A stretch of DNA of 64,000 bases from Iphione sp. A-MEVVRFRX5 (lineage: Eukaryota). How positions within the stretch are numbered: position 1 is the stretch's first letter; every line of letters starts with the position of its first letter. This document shows, piece by piece, positions 14,952 to 29,100 of the stretch. The notes beneath the pieces were generated by a model. It worked only from the letters and a program-made list of their open reading frames with translations, did no database searches and was not told where the DNA came from. Position numbers and translations under genes: made by a program. Where the stretch lies: NCBI GenBank assembly GCA_976226885.1, contig OZ320316.1:82956001-83020000 (forward strand), given 5' to 3'.

Positions 14952-16150
14952 CTAGTGGTTCAGCAGAGGAACTGACATGGTGACTCACTTTGGCTACACC
15001 AACCTTCTCTGTTCTTTTAAAAGTGTCAATGTCAAAGCAAAGCAGGATAATATCCCTACACCAACTGAAAAAGTAGTAGAGTTGCTCCCACTAACAACAA
15101 ATGATAATCTCTTTCCATGATAAAAAATATAGATAGACATTTTTCTTTCTTAATAAAAATAAATAAGGTACTTTTCTTAATTAACCTTACTATGAAATGA
15201 GACTTCATTGGGATGGATTACTTTCAGGTGATGATATATTAGGTTATTAACTATATGCATTCTATACACAGATATATCTATGAATTTTGTCTCTAGAATA
15301 AGAGAGCACAATGTTATTTTGATAGTACCATGCTCCTGAAATTATGAAGAATATGCCAAGAACAATTTCATACTGACAAAGGTCATTTCGGAATCGGACC
15401 TCGCACAAAAAATTAACTTCAGGAGCAACATAAAACCGTGTCTGTACGGTTTCTGAAGCTCGTTGCTGTACATCGGAATTCCGAGCACTCACTGCAACGA
15501 TTGCCTCCAGATTATAAACACACTTTCCCAAGGGAAAGTGAGGCTACTGGTTCCCGTGTCTCACATTCTTCCTAGGGTTTTGCCCGTTAATATACTACAT
15601 GTAGAAAATAATCTTCAAATAGATGGTGTATCCTCCGATTTAATGTCCGAAAGGAGGATAAGTGCCATACACACCATTCTGATCTGGGATTTTCGAAAGG
15701 TATTTGCTTCAGCGCTGTTTTACTGTCCTACTGGATTCGCCCGGCCTCCAATGCTGGCAGGTATTTAGCATGCACATAGTTACACGCGGGGCTCATTTGC
15801 TAGGCGGTGAACAATGCGCCGTCTGTAGCGAGACTTGCTTGCCTCTAACTAACGAGGTTTAATTCAGGCGCCCGTCTGCAGACTCCCGCTCTGCCCACTG
15901 TATACAGTGTCTATAGTGTAAATAATCCAGTTACATCCTGCTTGCTGCCTACAGCAGTTTGACAGATATTTGGCATTGATGGACAGGTCGCGATATGGCA
16001 AGGCGCAGAGGTGCCCGGTTCCAGGTGCCAGTGAAGCTTGCCTAATGGTCAAAGCAGCTGGTTACATATTATCGTCAATACTACATGAAAGGACAGGCTT
16101 GTGGGATAGTGCAGTTCTTTTAGGCTGTAACGAACAGATTTCAACCTATA

Positions 16151-16179
16151 TAAATATGTACATATATATATATATATAT
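16151..16179. repeat. (TA)n microsatellite
   Basis: taaatatgtacatatatatatatatatat. Confidence 0.8.
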
Positions 16180-16214
16180 TCAAGTAGACATAACGTTACA
16201 AACAGGGTAGCTAA

Positions 16215-16929
16215 GGCCAAAAAATATGTGTGTTTCTGGTCACCCACCCCTACCTAGTAAAACCTCACACCACCTAACAATTTTTTTGCCCCAAAGAGTT
16301 TTCAAGGCTAAATATCCTTAGATACATGTTTTCACAATGCATGTTTCACTAAATTCAGTAGAAAAACAACACAATCCATGGACATTCAGCAAAAAAACTG
16401 CAAATGGGTTAAAATTCTTCATATTGTCTTTATTATTATTGAAAACCACAGGAAGAAACTGGAAAAAAATTTTAAAAAAGATATTTCCCCTTCTTACCTA
16501 GGCTTGTGGCTAGTAGTAACCAGAAACAACTATTTTTTGTCTCACTACTTGTTTAACACCTGAAGTCAGGAATATGTTTATAATTATGCATAGTTTTATC
16601 GCCTTGTCACTACATATTATTCCCAAATCTAATCTATCCTTAGCCTTGTGTCACAGTGGTGAGGGTCGTTTCCAGGGCTGAATTTCCTTAGAGATGTGTT
16701 TTCACAGCACATGTTTTTGGTAAATTCAGTAGAAAAAAAAAACAAAATCCATAGAAATTCAGCAAAGAACTATAAACTAATGCAAATTGGTCTTCATATT
16801 ATCTCTATTAATATTGAAAACCAGAGGAGGAAAGTGAAAAAAAATATAAAAAAAATAAAAGAAAGAAAGATAATCCCCTCCCTACCTAGGTTTTTGGTGG
16901 GTTGTTACCAGAAACAGACTTTTTTGGCC
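16215..16929. mobile_element. PIF/Harbinger-type MITE with TAA target-site duplication and an internal tandem duplication
   Basis: TAA|GGCCAAAAAA...TGTTTCTGGTCAC at the left end and GTTACCAGAAACAGACTTTTTTGGCC|TAA at the right end are imperfect TIRs. The core is duplicated at 16298-16545 and 16668-16929 (~370-nt period). Confidence 0.7.
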
Positions 16930-19900
16930 TAAGGGAACATAATATGCTGCATGGATACATACATAACAAAGGTGCTATTACGACATATACCTGATACAAT
17001 ATTTATATAAATATATATATGTTCCTACCAGGATTTAAGTAGGTTACAAGGCACATACGTCGTCATCGTTTGTCACCCTTACAGACCAAGGATACAGGAG
17101 GATATCATTTAATTCGGTTAGGTATGAAGGGCTGGCGTGCCCGCTACTGGCGAGATGAATGAGGTGGGTGGTTTCTAGGACGGCTCCACGCGACACGAGA
17201 TGCCCTTCTTCCGGCAAGACACCAAGGCAACTGGTGGGGGATCTACCATCGGGAACTCGAGTTCATTCGACTGAAAGGTCTGCTAGGGATGGGGCTGGTA
17301 AACAAGCAGCACGAGGGGTTAGATGCTCTGACAAATGGTGCTGCGTTCTTTGATCGACAGAGATCATTATGCACACAGGACAAAGATCAAAGCTACTGGT
17401 AGTATATAGAGGGGTCGCTGCCGTTCCCACGGCGTTGGTTCGCATTTATTTGTATCGGACTAGTGTATTTATTTATTCTTGGTGCGAACTAATGCAGGAC
17501 GACTAATACAACTTATGCTCCAGATCGCGACGGAGCGGCTGGTGGGTTGCGGATGGGTAAGGAGACGCTTGTTTAATCTGGCCTAAATCGTTACGTTACC
17601 TAAACTAAACAAGCTTGGTGAATATATAAACCAGCACTGTCAATAACCAAACAAAAATGACACTCCAATTTCCGTTTGTTACGTTTCTCATTTTCTCAAT
17701 TAGAAATGACTTTATGATATGTCGTTTCTGAGTAATAATAACACAACACGTGGGTTTTGACCTTTGTGTATTTTTATCACTGTAATCGCACAGCAGATGT
17801 TTGTTCTTCTTACAGTGGCACATACGCAATCGGATACTGGGAAGTGGGCGCTATTCACCCGATTAAATCCAAGGCAGAGGCCTGCCATATGTAGCAGGAA
17901 CCAGGTAAACTAAACCGCCATCTGTCTCAGACATGCGATTTAGTGGGAACGAGGGAAGACTCAAGAGATACCCACTATTTTTCAAAGTAAAAAAAATGGA
18001 AACTACGTCGCTCACCTGGAAAGACGTGTCAGTTTTATTCCGTGTCGAAATTCAAAGCTTGGATTCATACAAAAATATAGAACATTACGTACATGGGGAA
18101 TTTAATTATACATCAGGGCAAATGAACCCGGATAAAATCACTTAGGTATTTTAACCAAAACTGGACTGTCACAGTTTCCCTTTAAACATACAGAGACGCG
18201 CTGACAGCTAGTTATTTAGGGCGACTACGTATTGAGTAGATAAGGACCTGCCTCGTCGTTTCTCTGATGAGGCACGACGCCAATAACCACTCAGGCCAGA
18301 CCAGTGGAGACGTAGCAAACTTGGTCTCTAGACGGCAGGGCCCTTAGAGGTCCTAGCCGGACCTGATAATATTTATTCAGCGCCCTATACCCACAGGATT
18401 ACTGCCCTGTAAACCTCCCCTCACATTTCATCCCTATGAGTATCGCCAGCGGGGCACCGTATGTTCACCACGCAGATGGCCCGCCTGGCAGCAGTCACTG
18501 CGTTGGCATCACAGAGACAGACGCAATCGATTATGTCGTGTATCACGTAATAAACATATCGCCTAGTTCAACTTGTATTAATCACACATATTATCCCTTC
18601 AGTTTATTTTGGTCATGCTGCGAACTTTCCGTGACCTTTAGGGGAAAATTGCCAATCAATCCAAGTTAATCAGCTACACTGGTATTATAAATAAAGGATG
18701 TATGTTCATGCCGACAGCAAATGCTCAATACCTACGTCTTCTGTTATCACAATAAATGAGAAGTCTAAAATGTGTGGCGTCCTTTTCACATACACGGTGA
18801 ACGTCTTATTCGGTGAACGGGTCCAATATTCGCAATGTCCCTCCGGAGCAAGAGGCCACTACATCAGGGTGTTTGCCTCTTGGGACGGGCGGTAGTAAGC
18901 AGTGAAAGAAGTACCGTTCAGCACACGACTGGTTGCATGTTGTACCGAATCATTTAATGACCTGGCCGAATTCAAACCGAGGTTGTTTTTCTTTACAATC
19001 CCTCCGCTCCAGAGGAGGGAGAGGAGAGGAAAAGTTTGCGAAGTCTCCATGAGAAATCAATATCGAATTCCCAGCTGCTTGGACGAAGGCGAGCAGCAAA
19101 TGCATGTAACATGCCATATACACAGGAGTATCAGACACTAAAGGATACCTGCAGAATACTGTGGGGAAACAGACAGTCGAAACCCATCGAAAATGATACC
19201 TATGCTGTATAGAATTTACAAAGTAATAAGTACCTCGTCCGTTACATACTTAGTTAAAGTCTTGTGACGAATATGTGCTACGTCTTAATTCCTTTTCGTT
19301 ATACTACTGACGCTCTGTCACCTTTTCGCAATGCAAGACACACCGCGTCCAACCCCACCTGATCTTTTATGAATTCAAGCGATATCATTTTTCAGTGACA
19401 AAAAAAAGATATGCACAACCATATATAATCATTAGTTTGGTGATGTGAGATCCCCCCTGCGGGGAAACTAACAGAATTGTGTATGACGACAAAAGGCGTC
19501 CGGATGACTAGGCAGTGCATTTAGAGTGTGCACTCGTATTCACTCCCCTTTATCTATTACTACCGTAATACTAGGCGTTGTGTATATGTAAAAGGCGCCT
19601 TTCTTGTTGTTCCTCAGCTAGTTGTTGCTGTACCATCAAGTAGGTAAAGTGGTCGGGCCTGACTGCTCTGAGGGCCGTTAAGTGGTGTAGCTAGGTGATG
19701 CTAAGGATGCAGCTATTGCTCACTGCACGGGGTCGCCGTCATCGAGCACCTTCCACTAATTGGTGCCAGCACCGATTTGGACGATGGCGCCTTCGTTAAA
19801 ATTTCATGAGAGTGGATACGTTCTGCCAGCATTTGTGCCGACACCCCATATTGCAACCAAGCCCAGATTACTGTTACCCCTGCAAATCACGACTTCGATT

Positions 19901-22900
19901 CTGGCTAAGACTAAGCCGGAAATAGGGACACGGCTGCTGAATTGATAATCTGTCCTACTTAATATTCGCCACGTCCGTCACCGATACTGACCTGAGCTCG
20001 CCAGTGAGGAGTTCTCACACACCTACGTATTAATAAACGCCTCATTTATTTCCTGTGGTGTATGGATTTCTGAAGGTGCCTGAGAAGAAAAGGCATGATA
20101 AGATGGTCGAATGGCCTCGCAGAACTGATGTCTGTAGACTGGGCGGTGGGGGAAGCACCCACGCTGGAGCCAAGCGCTGTTTTCTGGTGGCCATTGAAGC
20201 GGCACTATCTGGATTTGATGGATGCTGCAGCTGACGTCATACTCGGCAGGCCTTTCATGAGTAGCTCATTGCAACCTCCTTCTCAGACATTCCTCTTACC
20301 TTCGTCCGATTCTCACCCTATGTGCCATCTTGCTCCGGCCCATCCCGGTATAAACTGCAACCTCCCCTCCAGCGGGAGCTCATGTTTTCCGGAGCCCCTC
20401 GGACATAGCTGTTTGCACGTGATATCCAATCAGTTTTGGGAGATGGATGTCATCTGAGAGGAGAGCTCAACGCCAGTGCTGGCTGATAGGGGAGCCTGAT
20501 CCAATAACAACGACTCGCCCTCAGCCTTGCGAATATTAATTTACTCGCAGAAAAGCGAAGAGCAATGAGGAGGATCGAGTATAGAATATCAAGCAGCATA
20601 AAGTCTTCCCGTCGCCTCTATTAGAGCTAGAATACAAAGAATCGACAATGAGTTGTGCGGTGTCGGGAAAAACAAACACGGAGAATGTTTAGTTTTGTAA
20701 CGGTTTGTTGTCCAATGTCTAAATTGTAGAGAAACCTAGCAAGGAGGCACATCGTTAACTTCATCCCCTAGCGTAGACACAACATGAAGCCACCCATGGG
20801 GTCCGTACGTGCCTCTAAATTCCCCCAGGAGATCATATTGTTGACAATAGCGTTCGTGTTCGGGGGCACCATCTTAAAAACATATCTCACAGACCCTACG
20901 GGTACGTTGTCTTCAGACCCAGTCGTCATGAAATTGTCTACCGAGCAAAGCAGAGGAGGTAGATACAGGGTCAACATGAAGCAGATCGGGTTGGAGGAGT
21001 ACGTTGTATCACACCTATGTTCGCTGTTCTATTCGAGCTTCTAGGCGTAGCCCCAGACCAGCTTCAACTTAAGTAGATTAAACACTTTGAGAGGCCACGA
21101 GAAGCGGTTTACTCTAGATATGATTAAGAAGAAACCCGATCTGACTTCAATGGAAATTGAAAAGAAAATCAGGTGATCCTCTTCTAATTACAGTGTCATC
21201 AATCTTGTGATGTTTACTGTCAGGCGATATATTCTTCACCTTACGTTTTGCCATGTTCTTAAGAATCTTTGTCCTGAGAATACGGTGAAGTGCGGCTTTC
21301 AAAATGACTCTTACACGATTGTATTTATTTTTATAATGAGACTTCGTTATTATGATAAACGTGCACCGTCTCCAAAACAGCCGGCTAGGCAAGTCAGAAT
21401 CGATTTGAAAATTCAGTGCCTTGTTTTTAAAAGCAATAATTGATCTTAAAATATCAATAGGAATTTATAGGAAACGGTGAAATTTCATACTTTGATCATC
21501 GTTAAACGCAACCTACTTACAAATACTGTTACTGTGATTGACCCTATCAGATCCTAGTTCAGCAAGCTGCCATCTTCTAAATAAATGGTCGAGGGTTTTC
21601 TTGATAAATAGGCTGCGGCTGTTGAGTGTCTAGAGTCAGGGCCCAGGTCTTGGCGCCTGCCCGACCAACTGCTAGACCGTCCAGGGGCCTCGGCTGCCTC
21701 GCCCATTGAATGAGTTAAGATCCGGTCGTCGACTCTGCAGATCTCAACTGCTTGTCTCTGCCCATCCATCGGTATCGCTTTGTACCACGACTGAAGGTTG
21801 TATACACATAATACCTCTTATCACTGCTGTTGCCTCATTTTGCCGTCACCTCACCTAACCTCTTTCTCCAAGTAGCACACATTTCTCCCTGGTGACTCTT
21901 TCGTGCTTCCTAATGTGTGCATTAACATCTTGGGTTTAACTGCACAGATATGTCACCAAAGCATGCTTAATAGCATTGCATAAATGGAAAGTCGAATCCA
22001 TCGCATGCATGACCCAAATTAGCGGATATCTGAACGATCATCGATACTAGAAGCAATCTCGATGAGCGAAAACCGATTCAACGTCGACACGAGCGGCGCA
22101 CACCAATAAAATCCTTTCGTAGTGCCAAGCCTCTTTTTTAAGTCCTGACTTGAAGATTCGGTCCTTAGAGAGTTCCAGCCTCCAGAGCAAAACCGTACGT
22201 AGTACGCATCCGAGTGTAATGAATGTATTTGGCAAAATGTGCAATTTCTACATTCTTGTCTGCGCTGTTGTGGCAACCATCACGTCTCGAACGACCTAAA
22301 TTACAAATGGGCGTTTTTCAGGGGTAGGTTTTGTAACCTTTCTATTCCTTCATATTCAGCGACACCGGTCGTCTGAGGACGCCATATAGAAGCCACTGAA
22401 TACAATTACTGGAGGACACTGACCATGAAATTGTTTCGGATAGCTTCGAGAAAAGAATTCTTTTTCGAGAGAATATGGAACATTAAAAAACACAGAAAAA
22501 TGTGTCGGACAGGTCGACCTCATTTGCTACAATCTGGCCCAAGTAAGACCTTCTGTGGCACGTGCCTGCGTGTTGTCCATCAGTTTCGTGATGAATCAGC
22601 AGGAGGTAACGTAGAATAAGCCGTGATGAAAGTAAAGGAACCGGCATTGTGGAGCTGCCTGGGAACTACGTCATCTTGCATCACGGGCCATGCCACAACC
22701 ACATTTACAAGCAGCGGGTTTATTCATGGTATGGTTCCACGTGGTGACTTAGTTGGTAGCGCCTCATAGACATTGTAGTACAGTAAACCTCGCTTAGGAG
22801 GATACCCTTGGTTCTTAGTGAAAGTGTCCCCATTAAGGAGGTGTCCCCAATACTCAGAAAAAATATAAACTATAGACAGAAGAATTGATTCCAGCAAAAT

Positions 22901-25900
22901 CTGTCCCAATAGAAGAGATGGCCATTGTTCTGTCGTTAAACTGTTCATAGAATTTTCCAATGTAGGCACGTAGCTGCAAATAGCGGTGCACTGGAAACCG
23001 TCTGAGTCTATGATTTAAACACGCCAAGACGGACGGACAATGTTTACCTTCTCATGCGTCACTTACTTCCAACTATGAAATTTTCCAGGTGTCTTTCGTG
23101 TGAACAGATATGAAAAATATCAAAGACCTGTTCATGTCACAGGGTCGTACAGGATGTTTAATAGAGCAGCCGGGCTGGCGCCCTCTGACGTTCAGCTGCT
23201 AACAGGCCACCTCCGGTCGACCCGGAATGTCAAAAGGGCTCGACTCCAGAATCAATCCCATCACTGTCTGTCTAATTTCCCTCTCTAGCATGTTTTTATG
23301 TCGCATGTGCGCTCGTTGCCATGGAGGTTGAAGTCTTTTTTATGCCTTGAATCAAACCCCGTGACTACCTATACCAATCTTCTCATTTTTTATTCAGGAA
23401 AAAATGGACTTTTCATTAATTCTCCGTACGTCTTTTGATACTGAAGCACATAATTCGCTAGTTTTTTTTCTCTCTAAATCCCACGAGGCATTTTCTCTGA
23501 GGAAAGCCTGTGATAACTGAGGAGATCTGTAGTTTGTCCTTATGTATGCATATACACATATTACATGTGCATAACAATAGGAGAATCTCGTTTTCCGGTC
23601 TAGATCTATTCAAGAAGTATTGTTTTTTTAAAATTTAAATCTCCTGGCATTTTTGTGCAACTGCTCAGCTGGTTCCCAATGGAAGCTCTGACCAGAAACA
23701 GGTAGGGGTACCAGTTGCCAACTGCTTCGCGTCACTCTGCCGCTCACTTAACCTGCTTTATACTGGTGAGCCCGTGAGCTGCTCGCATACATACAATACT
23801 CCCAGGAGGCCATCTTTGAGAGCTACTCTAGATAAGGTGACTTGTATTGAACCTTTTCTTAATAAATTCATCTACCATTTTATCGGCGTCTTCTTAAGAT
23901 AAGGGAGAGATTTCGACAAAATTAGATTACAGGTATAGACTTGGTTACCTAGAAAGAAGACGATGTTTATACCTATAATGTGACTCCGTGGACGGGAGTG
24001 GAAATATCTCGCTTAGTCATTCGGCAGAGGAAGGCACCTGTTATTTGTAAAAGCTTATCTGCTGTTCGAAGGAAAAGTGATATAGGGGTTTTTCACGGTG
24101 TCTAGGGGTGTTATAGATAAGCACATTCCGACAGATGCAGTGCCCTAGCCGACAACCAAGAGCTCCTGCTCTTCGCGTTTTGATCACGCAGTCACCGCCG
24201 ATCTATATATAACGCACTCGGGAAAACGCTGAAGAACGTGAAGACAGCGGTCGATGAAACAGAGAACGGACTCCGGACCATCTGGAGGCTGCTTGATGCA
24301 GTGTTTGATAAAATACGGATAACATCAGTGCCTTTTATATTTTTAGAGGTATTTGATTATAATGAGCCACTCCATTGCCTATCTCTGATTCACCGTTACA
24401 GTACCATCAGTGGTTGTACTGCCTTAATTCGTTAACGTTTTGCTTTTCTGTAAAAACGATTTTATGTCGATGTCGCTATGAGGCGTCCATCAATGGCTAC
24501 TGGCACTTTATTCTTTATCACTATCCTTTCCTTGCTGAAGGTATGTGCAGGTACAAGTAAAATCTATGCCAGATATAAGTAGAGGATAGAGCATAACATT
24601 ACTGTACAGTGACTTACAATACAAAAAGCTACACAGTTCCTCTCCAGGCTGTTTTAATTTTACTTGGTGGTAGCAGCATGTTTATTGCTCCGAACGAAAG
24701 ATGGGATATAGTGGAGGACAGGCTTAGCCAGAAAATAAATAGAAAATATAGCCTCATTGGTTAATGGAGTTAACTATGCTAAGGCAAACAACGTCCAAAC
24801 TCTTGCCTGAGGATTAACTCATGCAAACGTGGGTTAATGCAATGCGCGTATCTCGGTATTACACGACTGGATCAAGGAGCTCGACAAATATTTACCTTCT
24901 TGTCTTGAAGTAACCTCTTTCATGTAGTGATTTGAGTGATTTGTATTACTATACCACTTAAGCTATTGTTTTTATAGTGGCCAATGGCTGCACGTTAACA
25001 TACGGTAAAATCTCCGTCGTTTAAACGGTGTGCAGATCCGGTATAGTTGGTAACGTGCTTAAACAGCCTTACCTGATGAACCATGTTCCTCAAGAGTTTT
25101 ATGAAGTCGTTTTGTTTCAGAGTATGGTATACAGTCATGTTGTTTTGAATACACATTCCAGTGTAGGTCAGTTCGGGCCGATGGGCATAAGTTCTCAGTG
25201 ATAATGATACATAAATACTCATGTCACGTTTTTTGGAAAAGAACATGCGACCTGTGACACCAGGAGCAGCTAAAAATGATCTGATATCGCACTCTCGTGC
25301 TCAAAACATAACAGCTTTCCGAGCAAATTCCGCACCTGATGACTCGCAGGGTGTAAAAACCGAACGACCGTTAGGTGTTCGCACAGGTGCTGGCCAGTCG
25401 GAGATCTTTCTTGGATGATGGATCATTGCGACCACAGAACCAGATCAGTCTGTGGGTTAGCCGGCGGTGGAAGCCACAGAGTGCCAGACACCATCAGCGT
25501 CCACGCGCGTGCACATCCCCCGCCTAGGTGCCTATACTGTTCTCAGTTCACTCCCTTCCTTTCCGCCCTACACCCCCTCCCCTTCTTTCCTTTTGACAGT
25601 ACTAACGTTGGTGCTCTGATTTGAGAAGCACGCCCTTCCTGCTCTTGGATAGAGATTGATAAATTAACTTGACAGTGGTCGATAAGAGCAGGACATGAGG
25701 GGGTTCATGTCGGTATCCTATCAGGAAAGCGAAGATAAGCAGAATCCATAAGGGATGGAAAGAACGGTTTGTCCGTACCTTTTTAGCACCCCCCTTTTAC
25801 CACAGATACCAAAAGTCATGCTCAAGAAGCACGTAGATTTTGTTTCATTCTCTTTTTACTTTTGAAGGAATATAATAATGAGAAGTCTATCTGGAGAATC

Positions 25901-26125
25901 CGGGTTATTTGTAAAGTTATTTTTTGTGGTCGTCTTGGTTCAGCATTTAAATCATGCTCTCCACTGCGTATGTCAGTACTTTTCAGGCTAATTTCACCCA
26001 TGATAAGATACGGCATGCGGCAAGGTTGCATCTACCAGACAGATTCATTACGACATCCAGGAGCGTATTGATTCAAGCCATATATAGAATTAGATATACT
26101 GTACTTGTTTCTCAAAGGAACTTAC

Positions 26126-26193
26126 CATGTTTACTTCGGATATACTGTCGAAGCTCGCCAGGGCCAACTCCATCTCGATATGTAAGGGCTCGC
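26126..26193 (-). CDS. LCCH3: GABA-A receptor beta-type (LCCH3-like) subunit, coding exon 3
   Basis: Acceptor ctactctttatcctatcag|, donor |gtaagt. The 68 nt (phase 1 to phase 0) encode (G)EPLHIEMELALASFDSISEVNM, which matches LCCH3 EPLHVGMDLTIASFDAISEVNM and the short third exon of vertebrate GABRB genes. Confidence 0.93.
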
Positions 26194-29100
26194 CTGATAG
26201 GATAAAGAGTAGAAGAAACTTTTAATAATGGATAGATCATTCCCATTGTACTAATTAATTGGCCTCTAGCATTAGCATATATAAACAGAGCAAAGCGCTC
26301 ACTGATGGGAGATTGCGTACATTGGCTGGTCAATGTTTATGAGGCACATTATGGATAATATAAATATATGTACACTCGTCATAGAATTAACCGCACACAT
26401 AAAGTCTGAAACTACAGTGCTCAAAGGAAAACGAACTACCAACGAATTATGAATTATATATTTTGTTCTAGTTACAATCGGTAGGCGGGAAAGTGGAATC
26501 CATTTGGGCATGCGGTGGTGGTTATTTATAGTAGGTTGCATAGAGATAGTGACGTCACGAGCTCCACCAAGCCTGCAACATTAATTTCACCAACTGGCTC
26601 CTCACCGTATGTAAGTCTCTCCAGAGGATAGTAGCAACCTACTGATCTTTATTGTAATTAACGTGATAATAGAGGCACCCAGGCAATGATGCACGTGTGC
26701 CTTCGAGTGGAACGACACTCTTTGAGCGGTAATCAGGTGTATGTTGCCTAATGATAATAGTGAAGACGGAGGACGAATAATAAGTATGTGTGGAAAGCTG
26801 AAATATGGCCTTTACATATTTAAGATGAAAACTAAGCCGTTCAATCTAGATATACATTTTAATGTAAGACATCAAGCACACCATGTGGGTTTGTTTTGTT
26901 GCATTTTGATACATATGTTTAGCTGTGCGTGCACTTGTGCGTTGGGCATATACAATAGTTTTGATTTTATTCAAAGATGGTATTACCTATGGAGAAACCA
27001 TGTTTCTCGTGACTGGACAGCACTGGACAGAAAAACAAATTTAAGCACTTTACATCAGCTATGGTTAAAACATTGACTCATAAAATTATAATCTGGGGGA
27101 TTTTTGAACGAAGTGTATTCAAAAGCTTTCTTCTTAGCATAGGTTAGTTTTGTAGAATGATAATCTTTTCTCGAATTATACCTCTAGCAATCTTGAGACA
27201 ACAGCTAAATCTTGAATATCACTCACGATTTCAACACAATGATGTCTCATTCACGTCACTTATGTACTGCCATCTTACTTTCATTAAATATAGCAACCGC
27301 ATATAAGGGGACGTAAGTGGATACATTTGAAAGCCTGCTAGGCATACGAAGCCATCACATGTAAGACGCCAACTGCAACAAGAGTCCTCGCGACACAGAA
27401 ATATTGATCGGCACAGGGAAATGCAGATCAGGAGAGCTCGCGGGTTGCTGCTCATGGTAGTCCGGGTCGGTTTGGTTCATTGCGGCGTTCTTGTGAGTTT
27501 GCCATGCGTATCGCCTGCCAAGACCGATGGACGCCCACCAGCGTCACTCAAGCCGCCCCTACCTCAGACGGTTGGTTAAGCTAAAACCCCACGACCCATA
27601 GCAAAGCAAAACATTCTCACAGATATAGACGACAAGCTCGTCCCCACTTAAAAAGGCTGCATGACTTTCAGTTTTAACAATGGTGATCCGACAATCTCTA
27701 CCTTCCAGGGGGATATGCGCGCATTACGGTCGGCATCCATTATCAAATACAGTGTAAAATTATGATTTCTTTGACATTTTTTTTTACCAATTTAACGGCT
27801 CTACTAAACGATAAACACCCATAGTGAGTGCGCTCTCATGTTTTTGAGGTGGGCCAAGCTGGGCGTGCGCTGGACGGAAACAATCTGCGGCGCCGACCTT
27901 TTATAAAAACTTGTTTAACTTGTGTCACAAGCCTCATTTTACCTTTCCCCTTTCATTGATTCTAATACCGCTACTGTGGAGGTACTCATTTGTTGGCCGC
28001 TCCCGTTCCGCTCTGAGCAGGGCCGCCCTCTGGCGGGTTTAGTAGAGTAAATTGGCCGACGTGTCCGAAGCCACTGTCCATCTCCGCCGGCTAGTCACAG
28101 AAACGGCTGCTCATCTGCTGGCAGTATAAGAACGCATAGCATCGACAGAAAATGAGTCGATTCTCTTCCAAGCAAGAGATGAAAACTCGACGAAGGAAAG
28201 CAACACAGAGCCTCGGATTATAGAGAATATGAACCCCAGGGACTTTGAACACATGATAGACCTACTCTGTAATGTCGGCCTCCTCGAACAGAAAGGCTTT
28301 GCTGGGCCGAGAATGTCAGGTTCAGCCGAGAATACTAGTCGTGCCGAGAAATCTATTTCGTCGAGATCGCTGCGTGCTTGTCCACTGGAGTATACGTCTG
28401 GGAATTCTAGCTGTCAGACTGAATCGAAGGTCTGGTTCTTTGTGTGACCCTTTTCTTAGGGGTAGCATCATGTCCACACGAATACATATAACAATGTTGC
28501 AACTGATGACCTCATTTCTATAAAGTTATGAACTTCACGAGAAAACTCAGTACAGATGTAACTATTTCTGCATGATTGCATATTCATATTTTTATTATTA
28601 CAATGTCAACAAACCATTTTAGTTACCTTATACCACCTGACTGGGTAATTAGTACGTTCAAAAGGTCAACGGTCGAAGTGCAGGTGTGGTCGGACAAAGC
28701 CGATGTGTGGTCAGGGCGATGGTAGGATGACACACCGCCCAAAGGCCAGTAGTCACAGGCAGCCAGCGGCGCCCTGACGGATGATGAAGGAGACCCAATT
28801 AATGGGAGGTTAGCCGTGGGCGTCCTTCACCGCAGCCGCCGTTGTCTAGAAGAGGGCGCGCGGTAGTATTAGTGGCGTCAACGGCCTCAGCGGCAGCAGC
28901 AGGATAAGGAAGCTGGAGACGGCTGGAGGCAGCGGACACCAGCGCATTACACGCCTTGTTTAATGATATTCACGGGGGACTGCCACCGCAGCGACCACTT
29001 GGCAATGTACTTGCTCGGCAAAGACGTGCGAAGTAATATTCCTATTTATCACAGTCAGTTGACTGCTAGCAAGGAGTTCAGCACAGTCTAGAGACCCCCA

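Noticed and set aside
18255-18312. CTGATGA followed by a GGC/GCC stem, hammerhead-ribozyme-like
   Set aside because: The required GAAA after stem II and the NUH cleavage triplet are absent.
1-26125. Manual search for downstream receptor exons (YLNQYW, WVPDT, Cys-loop CMMDL, TM2 TTVLTMT); same search in 52611-64000
   Set aside because: None were found by eye. They are presumed to lie outside the window, and tBLASTn is needed to confirm.
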